Source of the DNA: an uncultured Gammaproteobacteria bacterium
GTDB lineage: Bacteria > Patescibacteriota > Microgenomatia > UBA8517
Assembly: GCA_964617045.1 (NCBI GenBank)
Contig: CAZTVZ010000001.1
Span: forward strand, 136,763 to 200,762
Direction: 5' to 3'
DNA length: 64,000 nucleotides
The position numbers and the translations under genes were made by a program. Positions 20,288 to 28,685 of the stretch are shown in pieces. Each line of letters opens with the position of its first letter. Position 1 is the first letter of the stretch. Below the pieces are notes generated by a model, which saw only the letters and a program-made list of their open reading frames with translations, was not told where the DNA came from and made no database searches.

Positions 20288-20911
20288 TTAATATGGTGGC
20301 ATTATTTGGAAGTTTATATTTTTACAACGCTTAATAAAATATAGTCGATAGTTTTTTCTATCTTCTCTCAATCTTTTTTTATATTCTTCACAAGCTTGTT
20401 TAAAATCTTCAATTAGTCGTGCATTTATAATAAGTATCTTGTAAAGATTGCCACTTTTAAGAAATTTTATTCCGCAGGATTCTCTTTCAAGAGCAATTTT
20501 GTAATCTGATTCATTTCCAGAACCAATTACTGAAAAAGTTAATTTTTTGCCATTTTTTATCTTATATGTCTTTATTAGATATTCATGAGTTAAACCTGAA
20601 CGAATAATGTTATAGATACCATTACCAGTCGCTCTTTTTATCTTTGCAATTTCTTTCTGATAACCATGATTAAATAGCTGGTTAATAACAAAATTGAATC
20701 TTTGAGTGGCAGAGCCACGAACATCTTTGTATCGATAAAAACTGCCTAGTATTTCAATATAGTTAAAAATACCCAATGCTACCAAAAAGTTCGCTTGTGC
20801 ATTAATACTAGACCTCTTTAGATCTCCATACATCCAGCCCTGAACTGTACTAAACCTAGGAAAATACCTTTGATAATCAACGTGGTTTTCCTGGAAGGTT
20901 TCCAAATTCAT
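20288..20911 (-). CDS. HEPN-like protein
   Basis: Helical protein with Rx4H motif (RSGLTH) and N-terminal IEILG. Confidence 0.6.
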   Translation of the reverse strand: MNLETFQENHVDYQRYFPRFSTVQGWMYGDLKRSSINAQANFLVALGIFNYIEILGSFYRYKDVRGSATQRFNFVINQLFNHGYQKEIAKIKRATGNGIYNIIRSGLTHEYLIKTYKIKNGKKLTFSVIGSGNESDYKIALERESCGIKFLKSGNLYKILIINARLIEDFKQACEEYKKRLREDRKNYRLYFIKRCKNINFQIMPPY

Positions 20912-21010
20912 GTTTCAACAACAATATATTCTAGAAAGCTACAAAAGTAAATCTGGCTAGAGACAACTAGTGCTTTATCCCTCAGTCTGTTCCATTGTGG
21001 ATGTTAAGCA

Positions 21011-21081
21011 TTTTTAAACACCCCTCCCCACCCACTAGGACGTGCAATGATTACACAAATTGAGGTTAATTATTGAAGCAC
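21011..21081. repeat. 71-bp exact direct repeat, copy 1
   Basis: Identical to 24203-24273; looser homology extends about 60 bp leftward. Confidence 0.95.
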
Positions 21082-21112
21082 AGATTACAAGACTGTTACG
21101 GTTTTTAATAAA

Positions 21113-21511
21113 CTAATTTAGTAACTTGTCGGCAAGGTCCCTGATTACTTCTCCTTTTTTTGTTATCTTTACTATCATCTCATCTGTACTTTTCTTACTT
21201 AATTTTTTACCTTTTTCTTTTCTCGTAACTAATTCCCATAATTTCTTATATTCTTGAATTTCATTTGAAAGAATTATACTGTGTTTCTTAAATCTAGATA
21301 TCAAATAATCCAACCTATCAAAGTCCTTGTCATATAAAGTTCGGTATTTCATAGATTTCTCAGCTCGCTTGGTAATATCGTGAGTTTTAATATTTAACTC
21401 CATTATTTCTTTATATTTAATCTCGTTTAATTTTTGCCTTCTAAAAAATGCCAACGGAAGGATCGCAAGAACAATAGAATTTATAATTGTGAGAGCTTGA
21501 AAAATGTCCAT
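21113..21511 (-). CDS. Hypothetical protein, N-terminal TM plus basic helical domain
   Basis: 132 aa ORF between TTGAAGCAC and TTGAAGTAC. Confidence 0.7.
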   Translation of the reverse strand: MDIFQALTIINSIVLAILPLAFFRRQKLNEIKYKEIMELNIKTHDITKRAEKSMKYRTLYDKDFDRLDYLISRFKKHSIILSNEIQEYKKLWELVTRKEKGKKLSKKSTDEMIVKITKKGEVIRDLADKLLN

Positions 21512-21581
21512 TCACAGATATTATACTTCAAATCACTCAAAATGATGGATTGTCGGAATCTAAAACTCATACATTTAACTT

Positions 21582-21651
21582 TTGAAGTACTGGAATATGG
21601 CAAGACTCTTGAAGCTGTCTGTAATAAGTTTTAACATCACTTAGATATCCC
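21582..21651. repeat. att-arm/recombinase-tail copy 1
   Basis: Homologous to 24265-24334; minus strand reads LSDVKTYYRQLQESCHIPVLQ. Confidence 0.8.
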
Positions 21652-23488
21652 ATCGGGCTATCTCTTCGGCCAGTCTTTTAAACTCACTGATAGCATTACG
21701 ACTCATGAAAGCATTGAGTTCAGAAATACTACTTGGGTAATAATTTAATTGGAGCTTGTCGATAGATAACTTTTCCCCTTCCTTCAATGAACTATTTATG
21801 TAATCATCAATCGATCCAATTCCCAATAACCACACATTCTGCTTTCTAAAAATAGTTCTAATTTTACCAATCTGAAAGTCTTTAATAACTTTTAACAAAC
21901 CAGATTTCCGTTCATAGACATACTTTTCAATCAATTTCTTATAACGCATTTGGTATAGTTTTTTGTCATCCTCGGTTAACGTACCTTGATTAAAAATTTT
22001 ATTAACTAATTTGAAAAAAGTGGTCTTAACTTCACTGTTAAGTGAAAATGTCCTTATTCCACTTTCTTTATCGTCAAGTCTCACCATTTTTCTCTTAAGG
22101 GTATTTACAGATCTAACAAATTCTTTACCGAAAAAATCAAAATCTGTTTCTTGTAAAAAGAAGTCTAAATCTACTACAAAAAAATAGTCTGTTCCTAGGT
22201 CTTTAGATAAGTCATACAGACTATGCATATATGCTTTTCCATAGCCCGCAACTATCTCTATATTTCTTTGATCCAAACTCATTTTGTTTAAGTGCTTCGA
22301 TAGAACTCCCAACGTCCTTTCAAAAAATATTTTATCTGTCGTTGATTCGACAGCTATTATTTTTCTACAAAAAAATATTTCGGGAAATGTAAGATATTTT
22401 TGTAATAATCTTTTATTCTGTAGTTTGACATGTCTCGTAAAAGTGTCTGATGTTTTTAGCAATTTTATACAATCGACTTTCGTCCACCTGATAAAAAATG
22501 TGGAGTGTGTTGCAATCAAGACTTGAACACCACGATGTGATAACTTCTTAATTTTAGAAATTACAAATGGCAATTGGGAATAATTTAAGTGCAACTCAGG
22601 TTCGTCAATTATCACAATCGAGGGCCCGACTTCTTCTATTGTTTCAAAAAAAACATTAAGGTTGTTTAGTTGTTGTTCACCAGAGCTTGCCTTTTGAATA
22701 TCTTTCCCTTTCCCATCCAAAATCATACGTGACATTTCTGGATTTCCATCATATACATATCTATAGTCGTCACTTTTTGACAGGTTGTTAATTATTGTTG
22801 TAGAATCTTCGACAACCTTGTTAAAATGCCTACTCATCGCTTTTTTGTTTTCCAAGGTTTTGAATAATATGCTTTTAAAATCAGCGTAGTTGTAAGCTAA
22901 TGACTTAATTCTTAATTTTTGTAATATTTTTCTCGCATCTAAATCTCGTGATTGATAAACATAATATATATCGTTATCAACCCTAACCAAAACTCGTTCG
23001 TTATGACTACTTCCAGACCCGATAAGTACTAATAAAAATTTTACCTTTGAATTCTTCATGTCATGCAGTTTAAGAAGACCCTCCCTTACTATTGGTTTGT
23101 CTCTGGTGTCGTCAACCAAAATCTTCTTAATGTCGACCATGCAATTTTCGTTATTTTTTGTCAAAGCGCACACCATAGTATCAGACCATACATCTTTTAA
23201 AAAACTGCTATTCAACTCAACTTCTGATGTCTCGAAAACTATATAGGGAACTTTACTGTGGTCTTCGGAGTAATATGAGCTGAACAAATTAGTCACAGAG
23301 AAAAAGTTCTTATTTCCAAGAAAATTGCCATCCAAAAAATAGGCCATTATTTGCAATAAAGTACTTTTCCCTACAGCATTCGGCCCAACGAAGATATTTA
23401 GATTTGAAGTAAGATCTACTTCGAAATCTTTAAAGCACCTTATACCATCAACAAAGATTCTTGATATGTAAGTGGAATTCAAATTCAT
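21641..23488 (-). CDS. OLD-family ABC-ATPase/TOPRIM nuclease
   Basis: GPNAVGKST Walker A, SSGEQQ signature, IIDEPELHL Walker B, ATHS, AVESTTD and DLD Toprim motifs. Confidence 0.88.
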   Translation of the reverse strand: MNLNSTYISRIFVDGIRCFKDFEVDLTSNLNIFVGPNAVGKSTLLQIMAYFLDGNFLGNKNFFSVTNLFSSYYSEDHSKVPYIVFETSEVELNSSFLKDVWSDTMVCALTKNNENCMVDIKKILVDDTRDKPIVREGLLKLHDMKNSKVKFLLVLIGSGSSHNERVLVRVDNDIYYVYQSRDLDARKILQKLRIKSLAYNYADFKSILFKTLENKKAMSRHFNKVVEDSTTIINNLSKSDDYRYVYDGNPEMSRMILDGKGKDIQKASSGEQQLNNLNVFFETIEEVGPSIVIIDEPELHLNYSQLPFVISKIKKLSHRGVQVLIATHSTFFIRWTKVDCIKLLKTSDTFTRHVKLQNKRLLQKYLTFPEIFFCRKIIAVESTTDKIFFERTLGVLSKHLNKMSLDQRNIEIVAGYGKAYMHSLYDLSKDLGTDYFFVVDLDFFLQETDFDFFGKEFVRSVNTLKRKMVRLDDKESGIRTFSLNSEVKTTFFKLVNKIFNQGTLTEDDKKLYQMRYKKLIEKYVYERKSGLLKVIKDFQIGKIRTIFRKQNVWLLGIGSIDDYINSSLKEGEKLSIDKLQLNYYPSSISELNAFMSRNAISEFKRLAEEIARWDI

Positions 23489-23537
23489 AAAACAGGCTTA
23501 TTTTAGTTCACCCCAGATTAAGAAGCAATCAAGGAGC

Positions 23538-24107
23538 CTATTTTGATTTTACTATGATAAAGGAAAGTCCTCCAACATATTTGTCTTTAATTCTCTGATA
23601 CTCAGTATTGCCACCCATTACTTCTCCGTCATCTTCAAATCTGGGATTTTCCACCAATGCCATGAAATGTCCACGATTCTCTTCATTCTTTCTTCTTAAC
23701 ATCGTAACAGCAGTGGAAATTCCAGGCACAGGTCTAACCCACCCATCTTCTGAATCAATAATTGGAACCTGATCTTCTACTGGTATTCCCCCTCTAATGT
23801 GTTCTATTGATTGGTCAGTATGGTTAATAATGTGATCTACTTTAAGTCCTAATTCTGGTTCAAATCTTTTGACTTCGCTTATAAACTCACCCACCTTAAC
23901 TCCCTTACCAAGCTTTAAACCTTGTTTGATTTTCGTCTCAATAGATTTTGGTAAAAGTCTATCGGGATAGAGATAATTGAAACAACTGATCAGAGAATAA
24001 TAGAAACACCCATCACCCAAATCATGAGTTTCTTTTACAAAATTACTTAATCTATCTCTTTGCATTACTCCAATAGCTCTTTCAAGCAATGGTCTATCCA
24101 TGGACAT
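23538..24107 (-). CDS. Hypothetical protein, possible papain-like Cys/His hydrolase
   Basis: DGCFYYSL...GHFMAL spacing typical of a Cys-His dyad. Confidence 0.55.
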   Translation of the reverse strand: MSMDRPLLERAIGVMQRDRLSNFVKETHDLGDGCFYYSLISCFNYLYPDRLLPKSIETKIKQGLKLGKGVKVGEFISEVKRFEPELGLKVDHIINHTDQSIEHIRGGIPVEDQVPIIDSEDGWVRPVPGISTAVTMLRRKNEENRGHFMALVENPRFEDDGEVMGGNTEYQRIKDKYVGGLSFIIVKSK

Positions 24108-24202
24108 ATTTTAACTCGCACCATTATGAGAGGCAATCTGCTCTACAACTAGGCAAGTCTAGTACTTTACTCCGCGTTTGGTTCCATTGGGAGTCCCAGG
24201 CG

Positions 24203-24273
24203 TTTTTAAACACCCCTCCCCACCCACTAGGACGTGCAATGATTACACAAATTGAGGTTAATTATTGAAGCAC
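24203..24273. repeat. 71-bp exact direct repeat, copy 2
   Basis: Identical to 21011-21081. Confidence 0.95.
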
Positions 24274-24338
24274 TGGGATATAACAAGGCTCTTGAAGATT
24301 GAGGTAATAAGTTCTAACATCACTTACGACTTTCTGCA
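24262..24338. repeat. att-arm/recombinase-tail copy 2 (best attR)
   Basis: Ends in the CTGCA core; minus strand reads QKVVSDVRTYYLNLQEPCYIPVLQ* in the recombinase frame. Confidence 0.8.
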
Positions 24339-24353
24339 AAAAAGCTTTAGGGT

Positions 24354-24824
24354 GTGTATTATAGAATAATGGAACCAACAAGAATTCCTACTATCGAAAA
24401 AGTTAAATTGTTCCTTGAGGAATATGGATGGCATTTTAGGGAAATTGTTTCTGAAAATAAAACCTCTTTAATTTCACCTTATACTTTGGAGGGAGAAAAT
24501 AAAGGAGTTTTGATTAGTTTTAAAATCGAAGGCGAATTTGTTATGGTATCGACTGTAGACTTTCTTAAAAATATCCCAGATAGCTTTACAATAAACCTTC
24601 TTTCATTAAACGATAAGTTGAAACTAATAAAAATATTTGTCACCAGCCAAAATGGAGATAATACCGTAAATGCAGATGTTGGTTTTGAACTTTGGGATAA
24701 TTCTTGGAATAAAGAAGGATTTTTCTCATTTATGGACATGCTTTGTTTAGGAATTGAAAAAACAATCGAAATGGTTTCAACTGAAAACATTCCCCATCAA
24801 ACAAATTTTGTTACATTCTCCTAA
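24354..24824 (+). CDS. YbjN/CesT-like domain protein
   Basis: Acidic alpha/beta 150 aa protein, FLEEYGWHF...LLSLNDKLKLIK pattern. Confidence 0.6.
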   Translation: MYYRIMEPTRIPTIEKVKLFLEEYGWHFREIVSENKTSLISPYTLEGENKGVLISFKIEGEFVMVSTVDFLKNIPDSFTINLLSLNDKLKLIKIFVTSQNGDNTVNADVGFELWDNSWNKEGFFSFMDMLCLGIEKTIEMVSTENIPHQTNFVTFS

Positions 24825-24826
24825 CT

Positions 24827-24860
24827 TAATAAGTTCTTAACAAAGTTAGCTAACCCCTGC
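24827..24860. repeat. att-arm copy 3 (degenerate)
   Basis: TAATAAGTTCTTAACA-N15-TGC; its last 7 bp CCCCTGC equal the tRNA-Trp end 13404-13410. Confidence 0.65.
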
Positions 24861-24949
24861 TAAAACCACACTTGGGAGAGGGTTGGTTGGGTACTTCAAC
24901 ACATACTAAACTGTTGACTTTATTAATTGATAATTGAGATACTAATCTG

Positions 24950-25741
24950 ATGAGTATTGATAATCAGAATCAATCTTCTGGACTACCAATAAATCAAAGT
25001 TTTCCCAATAGTAACGGTGACAATTCTACGCAACCAAATGCACCTCAACCTATGCCTTTCCCTCAACAAACAGACTCCTTTTCGGTGTCTCCACAAGTGC
25101 AACCACAAGACCCAACCATTCAAAAAGATATATCAAAATCAAAAATTAATAAAATAATTATTTTATTAATAATCTTATGTTGTGTTGGTCTCTTTGCATA
25201 CTTTGGATTTTTTCACAAGTCCACCCGCGTCTCCACGCCTCAACCGACAGATACCGAGGATGTTAACAACAATACCAATATTGCTCCCCCTGTAGATAGT
25301 TCTTGTAAAATTTTTTGGGTTGATCCTATTCTTCCGGAAGAAGGAAATATCGAGCCACTTTTTCTACGTACAACAAATAGTGAAATAGCAACCGGATTTG
25401 AGGCGATCATTAGAAGAAGTGTTCAAAACAATGTATTAACCATTGATGTGGTAACCAATCTACTTCCAGAAACACACTCCCCATACTATCTATGGGCCGT
25501 TGCAACTGGTCAAAACGATTCAATCTGTATCCAAAACAATATTGGCCAATTGGAAAAAATTGGCGAAGAAGGTCCTTGGGGAGCAGGACCATTTACAATA
25601 CCTGTTGAAAATGTGAATGACGCACAAATTTTCTTGATTACTACTAACGGAAAAGGTTCAAACGCTACAGATAAAATAGAATCTTTGTCTGATCCAAACA
25701 TAGTTCTTTGGGGTGCCTACAAAGACAACCAACAGCCCTAA
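24950..25741 (+). CDS. Single-pass membrane protein with P/Q-rich N-terminus
   Basis: Low-complexity N-terminus, one TM, extracellular beta-rich domain. Confidence 0.75.
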   Translation: MSIDNQNQSSGLPINQSFPNSNGDNSTQPNAPQPMPFPQQTDSFSVSPQVQPQDPTIQKDISKSKINKIIILLIILCCVGLFAYFGFFHKSTRVSTPQPTDTEDVNNNTNIAPPVDSSCKIFWVDPILPEEGNIEPLFLRTTNSEIATGFEAIIRRSVQNNVLTIDVVTNLLPETHSPYYLWAVATGQNDSICIQNNIGQLEKIGEEGPWGAGPFTIPVENVNDAQIFLITTNGKGSNATDKIESLSDPNIVLWGAYKDNQQP

Positions 25742-25746
25742 TTTCA

Positions 25747-25786
25747 ATAGAAATTCCCGATATTGTTTACAGGTTTCTACAGAAAA
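25747..25786. repeat. att-arm copy 4 (most degenerate)
   Basis: Ungapped 24/40 identity to 24304-24343 by hand count, mismatches mostly transitions; CTACA in place of CTGCA. Confidence 0.45.
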
Positions 25787-25794
25787 TTGAAAAA

Positions 25795-26799
25795 TTACCT
25801 GTTTCTTTTCATTCGTCTCTCTTCGAAATACTCGTTTCGCATTAATTGATTGTGGATCTTCAACAAAGCGTGATACTCTATCTGCCTTACTCTTTCTCTG
25901 GTCAAGTTAAACATCTTGGCCGTTTCTTCCAATGTGTGTTTTTCGTGATCCAAATATCCAACTCTGTACAAAAATATTGTTGCATTTCTGGGATTTTTGT
26001 AAAAAATATCGTTAACCATTTTGACAATGTAATCGGCATATTCTTTTTCTTCCATGATAACTTCCTGGTTTTTCTTGCTATCCGGAATAAAGTCGGCAAA
26101 CACACTTTCTTTGTCCCCGACCGGTTCATCAAGATCGAGTACCATATTCTTGGCGTATTTAAGTTTTTTAACGTATTTGAGAGGCTTTCCCAACTCTTGC
26201 GCAATTTCTTCGTTTGTCGGCTCCGTTCCGTTAATAAGTGTCTGTCTTACAGTCATCTTGTTCATTTTTATCAAATTATCATGAACATTGGCCGGATATC
26301 GGATTATTCTCGAGTAGTTGGCCATTGCTCTTCTTATACTTTGTTCTATCCACCATGTGGCGTGAGTGGTAAATCGATTGCCCAAGGAATAATCGTATTT
26401 TCTTGCCGCAATTACCATTCCATACATTCCTTCCTGAATTAAGTCTTCAAAGGGCAAACCTTTTCCTACATATTTTTTGGCAATATTAACCACCAAACGC
26501 TGGTGGGCATCCATAAGTTGACTCATTGCCTCTCTTGCATCTTCATTGAAATCTTCTTTTTTGGCACCAATGATATCCCCTTTTCTTTCAAACAACATTC
26601 CGTTTTTAATCCTTTTTCCCAACTCAATTTCCTCTTCAAGGGTAAGATATGTGCCGTTTTCGGGAGCGCGGGCTTCCGCAAGCATCAACTTGATAGGATC
26701 TGTGGGTACATTTTCATATCTGTCTTTACCGTTTTTTCTGGACGGTAAATCGAAATCGGCAGGGATTCTGTTTTCTGGGAGTCTTTCGGTCATATGCAA
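25795..26799 (-). CDS. RpoD/SigA-like sigma-70 factor (divergent paralog)
   Basis: Regions 1.2-4: RLVVNIAKKY, DLIQEG, ATWWIEQSI, TLEE...LTRERVRQIE. Confidence 0.9.
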   Translation of the reverse strand: MHMTERLPENRIPADFDLPSRKNGKDRYENVPTDPIKLMLAEARAPENGTYLTLEEEIELGKRIKNGMLFERKGDIIGAKKEDFNEDAREAMSQLMDAHQRLVVNIAKKYVGKGLPFEDLIQEGMYGMVIAARKYDYSLGNRFTTHATWWIEQSIRRAMANYSRIIRYPANVHDNLIKMNKMTVRQTLINGTEPTNEEIAQELGKPLKYVKKLKYAKNMVLDLDEPVGDKESVFADFIPDSKKNQEVIMEEKEYADYIVKMVNDIFYKNPRNATIFLYRVGYLDHEKHTLEETAKMFNLTRERVRQIEYHALLKIHNQLMRNEYFEERRMKRNR

Positions 26800-26822
26800 A
26801 AATAACTTGGTGATTTTATCAC

Positions 26823-27416
26823 CTACTTATCCTTGCGCACAATCAGATTTCTCAGAGGTTCTTCGAAGCATCCTTTTTGAAAGCTATTATTGATAACAAT
26901 TTTATCTGCAATATCCAACAATTGATCGGCATTTCTTTCGACAAATACTCCGTTAATGTTTAGTGAATGCATATCATGTCTTGAACACACAATTTCGACC
27001 CAGTATATTTTTCTCCCGGATAGTTCAGCTGTTGCTCTTAACATATTTCTGTACTCCAGTTTCGAAAAAGTTGCATCTAAGATTACGGAAGAATCATTTG
27101 CTAAAATCTTCGTTGTTTCTTTAAACATTTCTTCATACGCAGCTTTGGAATGCCACTCCTGGTATTGAGAGGAAGCAAATAACCTTCTTCGATAGATATC
27201 ACTACTCAAAATGGGGACGTTGATGTTCTTTGCTAATTCTTCGGCAAAAGTAGTTTTTCCGACCCCTGCTTTCCCGATAACCGCAATTATCGAAGGATAA
27301 GAGATATCGATGCTGGAGGGTCTTTCCCTGGATTTGATACTGAATTTTTCGATACTCATCTTGAGATTACTTAAAATATCGCATAATAAATAATATTCAA
27401 TAGACGCAATTGACAT
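26823..27416 (-). CDS. AAA_33-type P-loop kinase
   Basis: GKAGVGKTT, SSDIYRRRLF, VILDATF (probable start MSIEKF). Confidence 0.8.
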   Translation of the reverse strand: MSIASIEYYLLCDILSNLKMSIEKFSIKSRERPSSIDISYPSIIAVIGKAGVGKTTFAEELAKNINVPILSSDIYRRRLFASSQYQEWHSKAAYEEMFKETTKILANDSSVILDATFSKLEYRNMLRATAELSGRKIYWVEIVCSRHDMHSLNINGVFVERNADQLLDIADKIVINNSFQKGCFEEPLRNLIVRKDK

Positions 27417-27444
27417 TCTTAGGCTTCATGCCTCATATTTAGTT

Positions 27445-28089
27445 GTGACCAAAAAAGGATCAGTGTTGGCGATAATTTTGATAATAGTTGCAATCTCGCT
27501 TGCGGGTGTAGGAGGATTTTTTGCAAAAGATGCGATTAAGCAAATTGCAGAGGCAGACAAAAAAACCGGAGGTATGGAAAACTTAAACGAAAAAGAGATT
27601 TTTTCCAGCTCAACCCCCACCCCTACTCCGATTAAAACCACAAAGACATATGTAAACGACAATCCAAAATTTTCAGTTGAAATTAAAAACGATTTAATCG
27701 AAAAGAAAAGCACCGACAGAAACGGATACACAAGTATCCTATTCGAAAGTCCAGATTACAAAATGGATGAACCGGAGAACGGCTACCCAACAGTAAAATC
27801 CGGATATACAGTTAGTGTCTACGCAGAAAGTGCAAATTCGAATCTTCAGGGAGAATTTGACAACAAACCAATTTATAAAGAGGCGGGTCAAAATATTAAA
27901 AATATAAAAGTCGATAACAGGGACGCTTTACAGTTTGATTTTGGTTACGAAGGAGTAATTTCAGTTACAACCATGGTTGTTAAAGACGAACTTCTTTACA
28001 CCATAGATATGAGATATTCATACGAAGAAGGAAAAGATAAATATTTTGGGGAATACACAAAAATAATTGAATCTTTTAAGTTCCTTTAA
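27445..28089 (+). CDS. Membrane-anchored PsbP-like protein
   Basis: N-terminal TM, TPTPTP linker, C-terminal KIIESFKF. Confidence 0.65.
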   Translation: MTKKGSVLAIILIIVAISLAGVGGFFAKDAIKQIAEADKKTGGMENLNEKEIFSSSTPTPTPIKTTKTYVNDNPKFSVEIKNDLIEKKSTDRNGYTSILFESPDYKMDEPENGYPTVKSGYTVSVYAESANSNLQGEFDNKPIYKEAGQNIKNIKVDNRDALQFDFGYEGVISVTTMVVKDELLYTIDMRYSYEEGKDKYFGEYTKIIESFKFL

Positions 28090-28685
28090 CCTCGAATCAT
28101 ATCCAAATCTTCAGGCCAGGTTTCTTCTTTTTCGGTTAAGATAAACATTGTGTGATAATCCCTTTCGTATCTGGTTTCACCCGTGAGCGGATTTACTATT
28201 TCATTTTCATCCCACCATCTGTCTTCAAATTCTAAAATATGAAATATTCTGTCGGTTCCCGCAAACCTGGCATACGGATCTGCCAACATAATAATGTTGT
28301 TTACCGTATCTATGTATGTAACAACTGCATAGTGGCCGTTATCGTCGTCCGAATCTTCATAAAATACACCTTGCCATTCTATTCCCACCGGGTGTTTGTA
28401 TTGACGAACCGCTCGGACAAGATCGCTTAGACTTGAATTGTGTTTGTACCAAAACTGCATGTCAGGAAGAAGAATACTTACTGCATGAGCCATTTCCTTA
28501 ATAAACATTCCATGGGTTTGAAGTTTTTGCCGTATATCAACTGCATCAACAAATGCTTCCTGATCAATATCTCGACCGGCATTCGAAGCAAGCATTTCAA
28601 GAACTGCAGGACCACAATGTGCATTTGTAACCTGCGCAATTCTTCTTAACTCAGGAAAATATTGGCTACTGAAGAGTTTTGGCAT
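28086..28685 (-). CDS. C39-like cysteine peptidase
   Basis: Q...HCGPAVL, GHYAVV, ADPY, FEDRWWD catalytic pattern. Confidence 0.8.
   Translation of the reverse strand: MPKLFSSQYFPELRRIAQVTNAHCGPAVLEMLASNAGRDIDQEAFVDAVDIRQKLQTHGMFIKEMAHAVSILLPDMQFWYKHNSSLSDLVRAVRQYKHPVGIEWQGVFYEDSDDDNGHYAVVTYIDTVNNIIMLADPYARFAGTDRIFHILEFEDRWWDENEIVNPLTGETRYERDYHTMFILTEKEETWPEDLDMIRG

Larger units (their letters stand above)
13407..24338. mobile_element. Integrative element at the tRNA-Trp 3' end (large serine recombinase, Rep-like HTH, XRE, defence-type cargo)
   Basis: Shared CTGCA core at 13407-13411 and 24334-24338. Joining the ends keeps the recombinase in frame. Visibly AT-richer accessory genes interrupt the usual tRNA-Trp/secE adjacency. 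Confidence 0.8.

Noticed and set aside
24854-24860. CCCCTGC as the single true attR of the element
   Set aside because: It is a longer core match, but arm 2 (24334) has the conserved coding tail, the adjacent end module and the exact 5-bp motif shift. 24854 is treated as an older arm, though it cannot be excluded as an alternative boundary.
21011-25786. CRISPR array or classical integron
   Set aside because: The repeats are few, separated by whole genes and not palindromic attC sites. There is no cas gene or IntI-type tyrosine recombinase in the window.
25846-26893. Long plus-strand ORFs over the sigma factor
   Set aside because: They are antisense shadows with no recognisable motifs.
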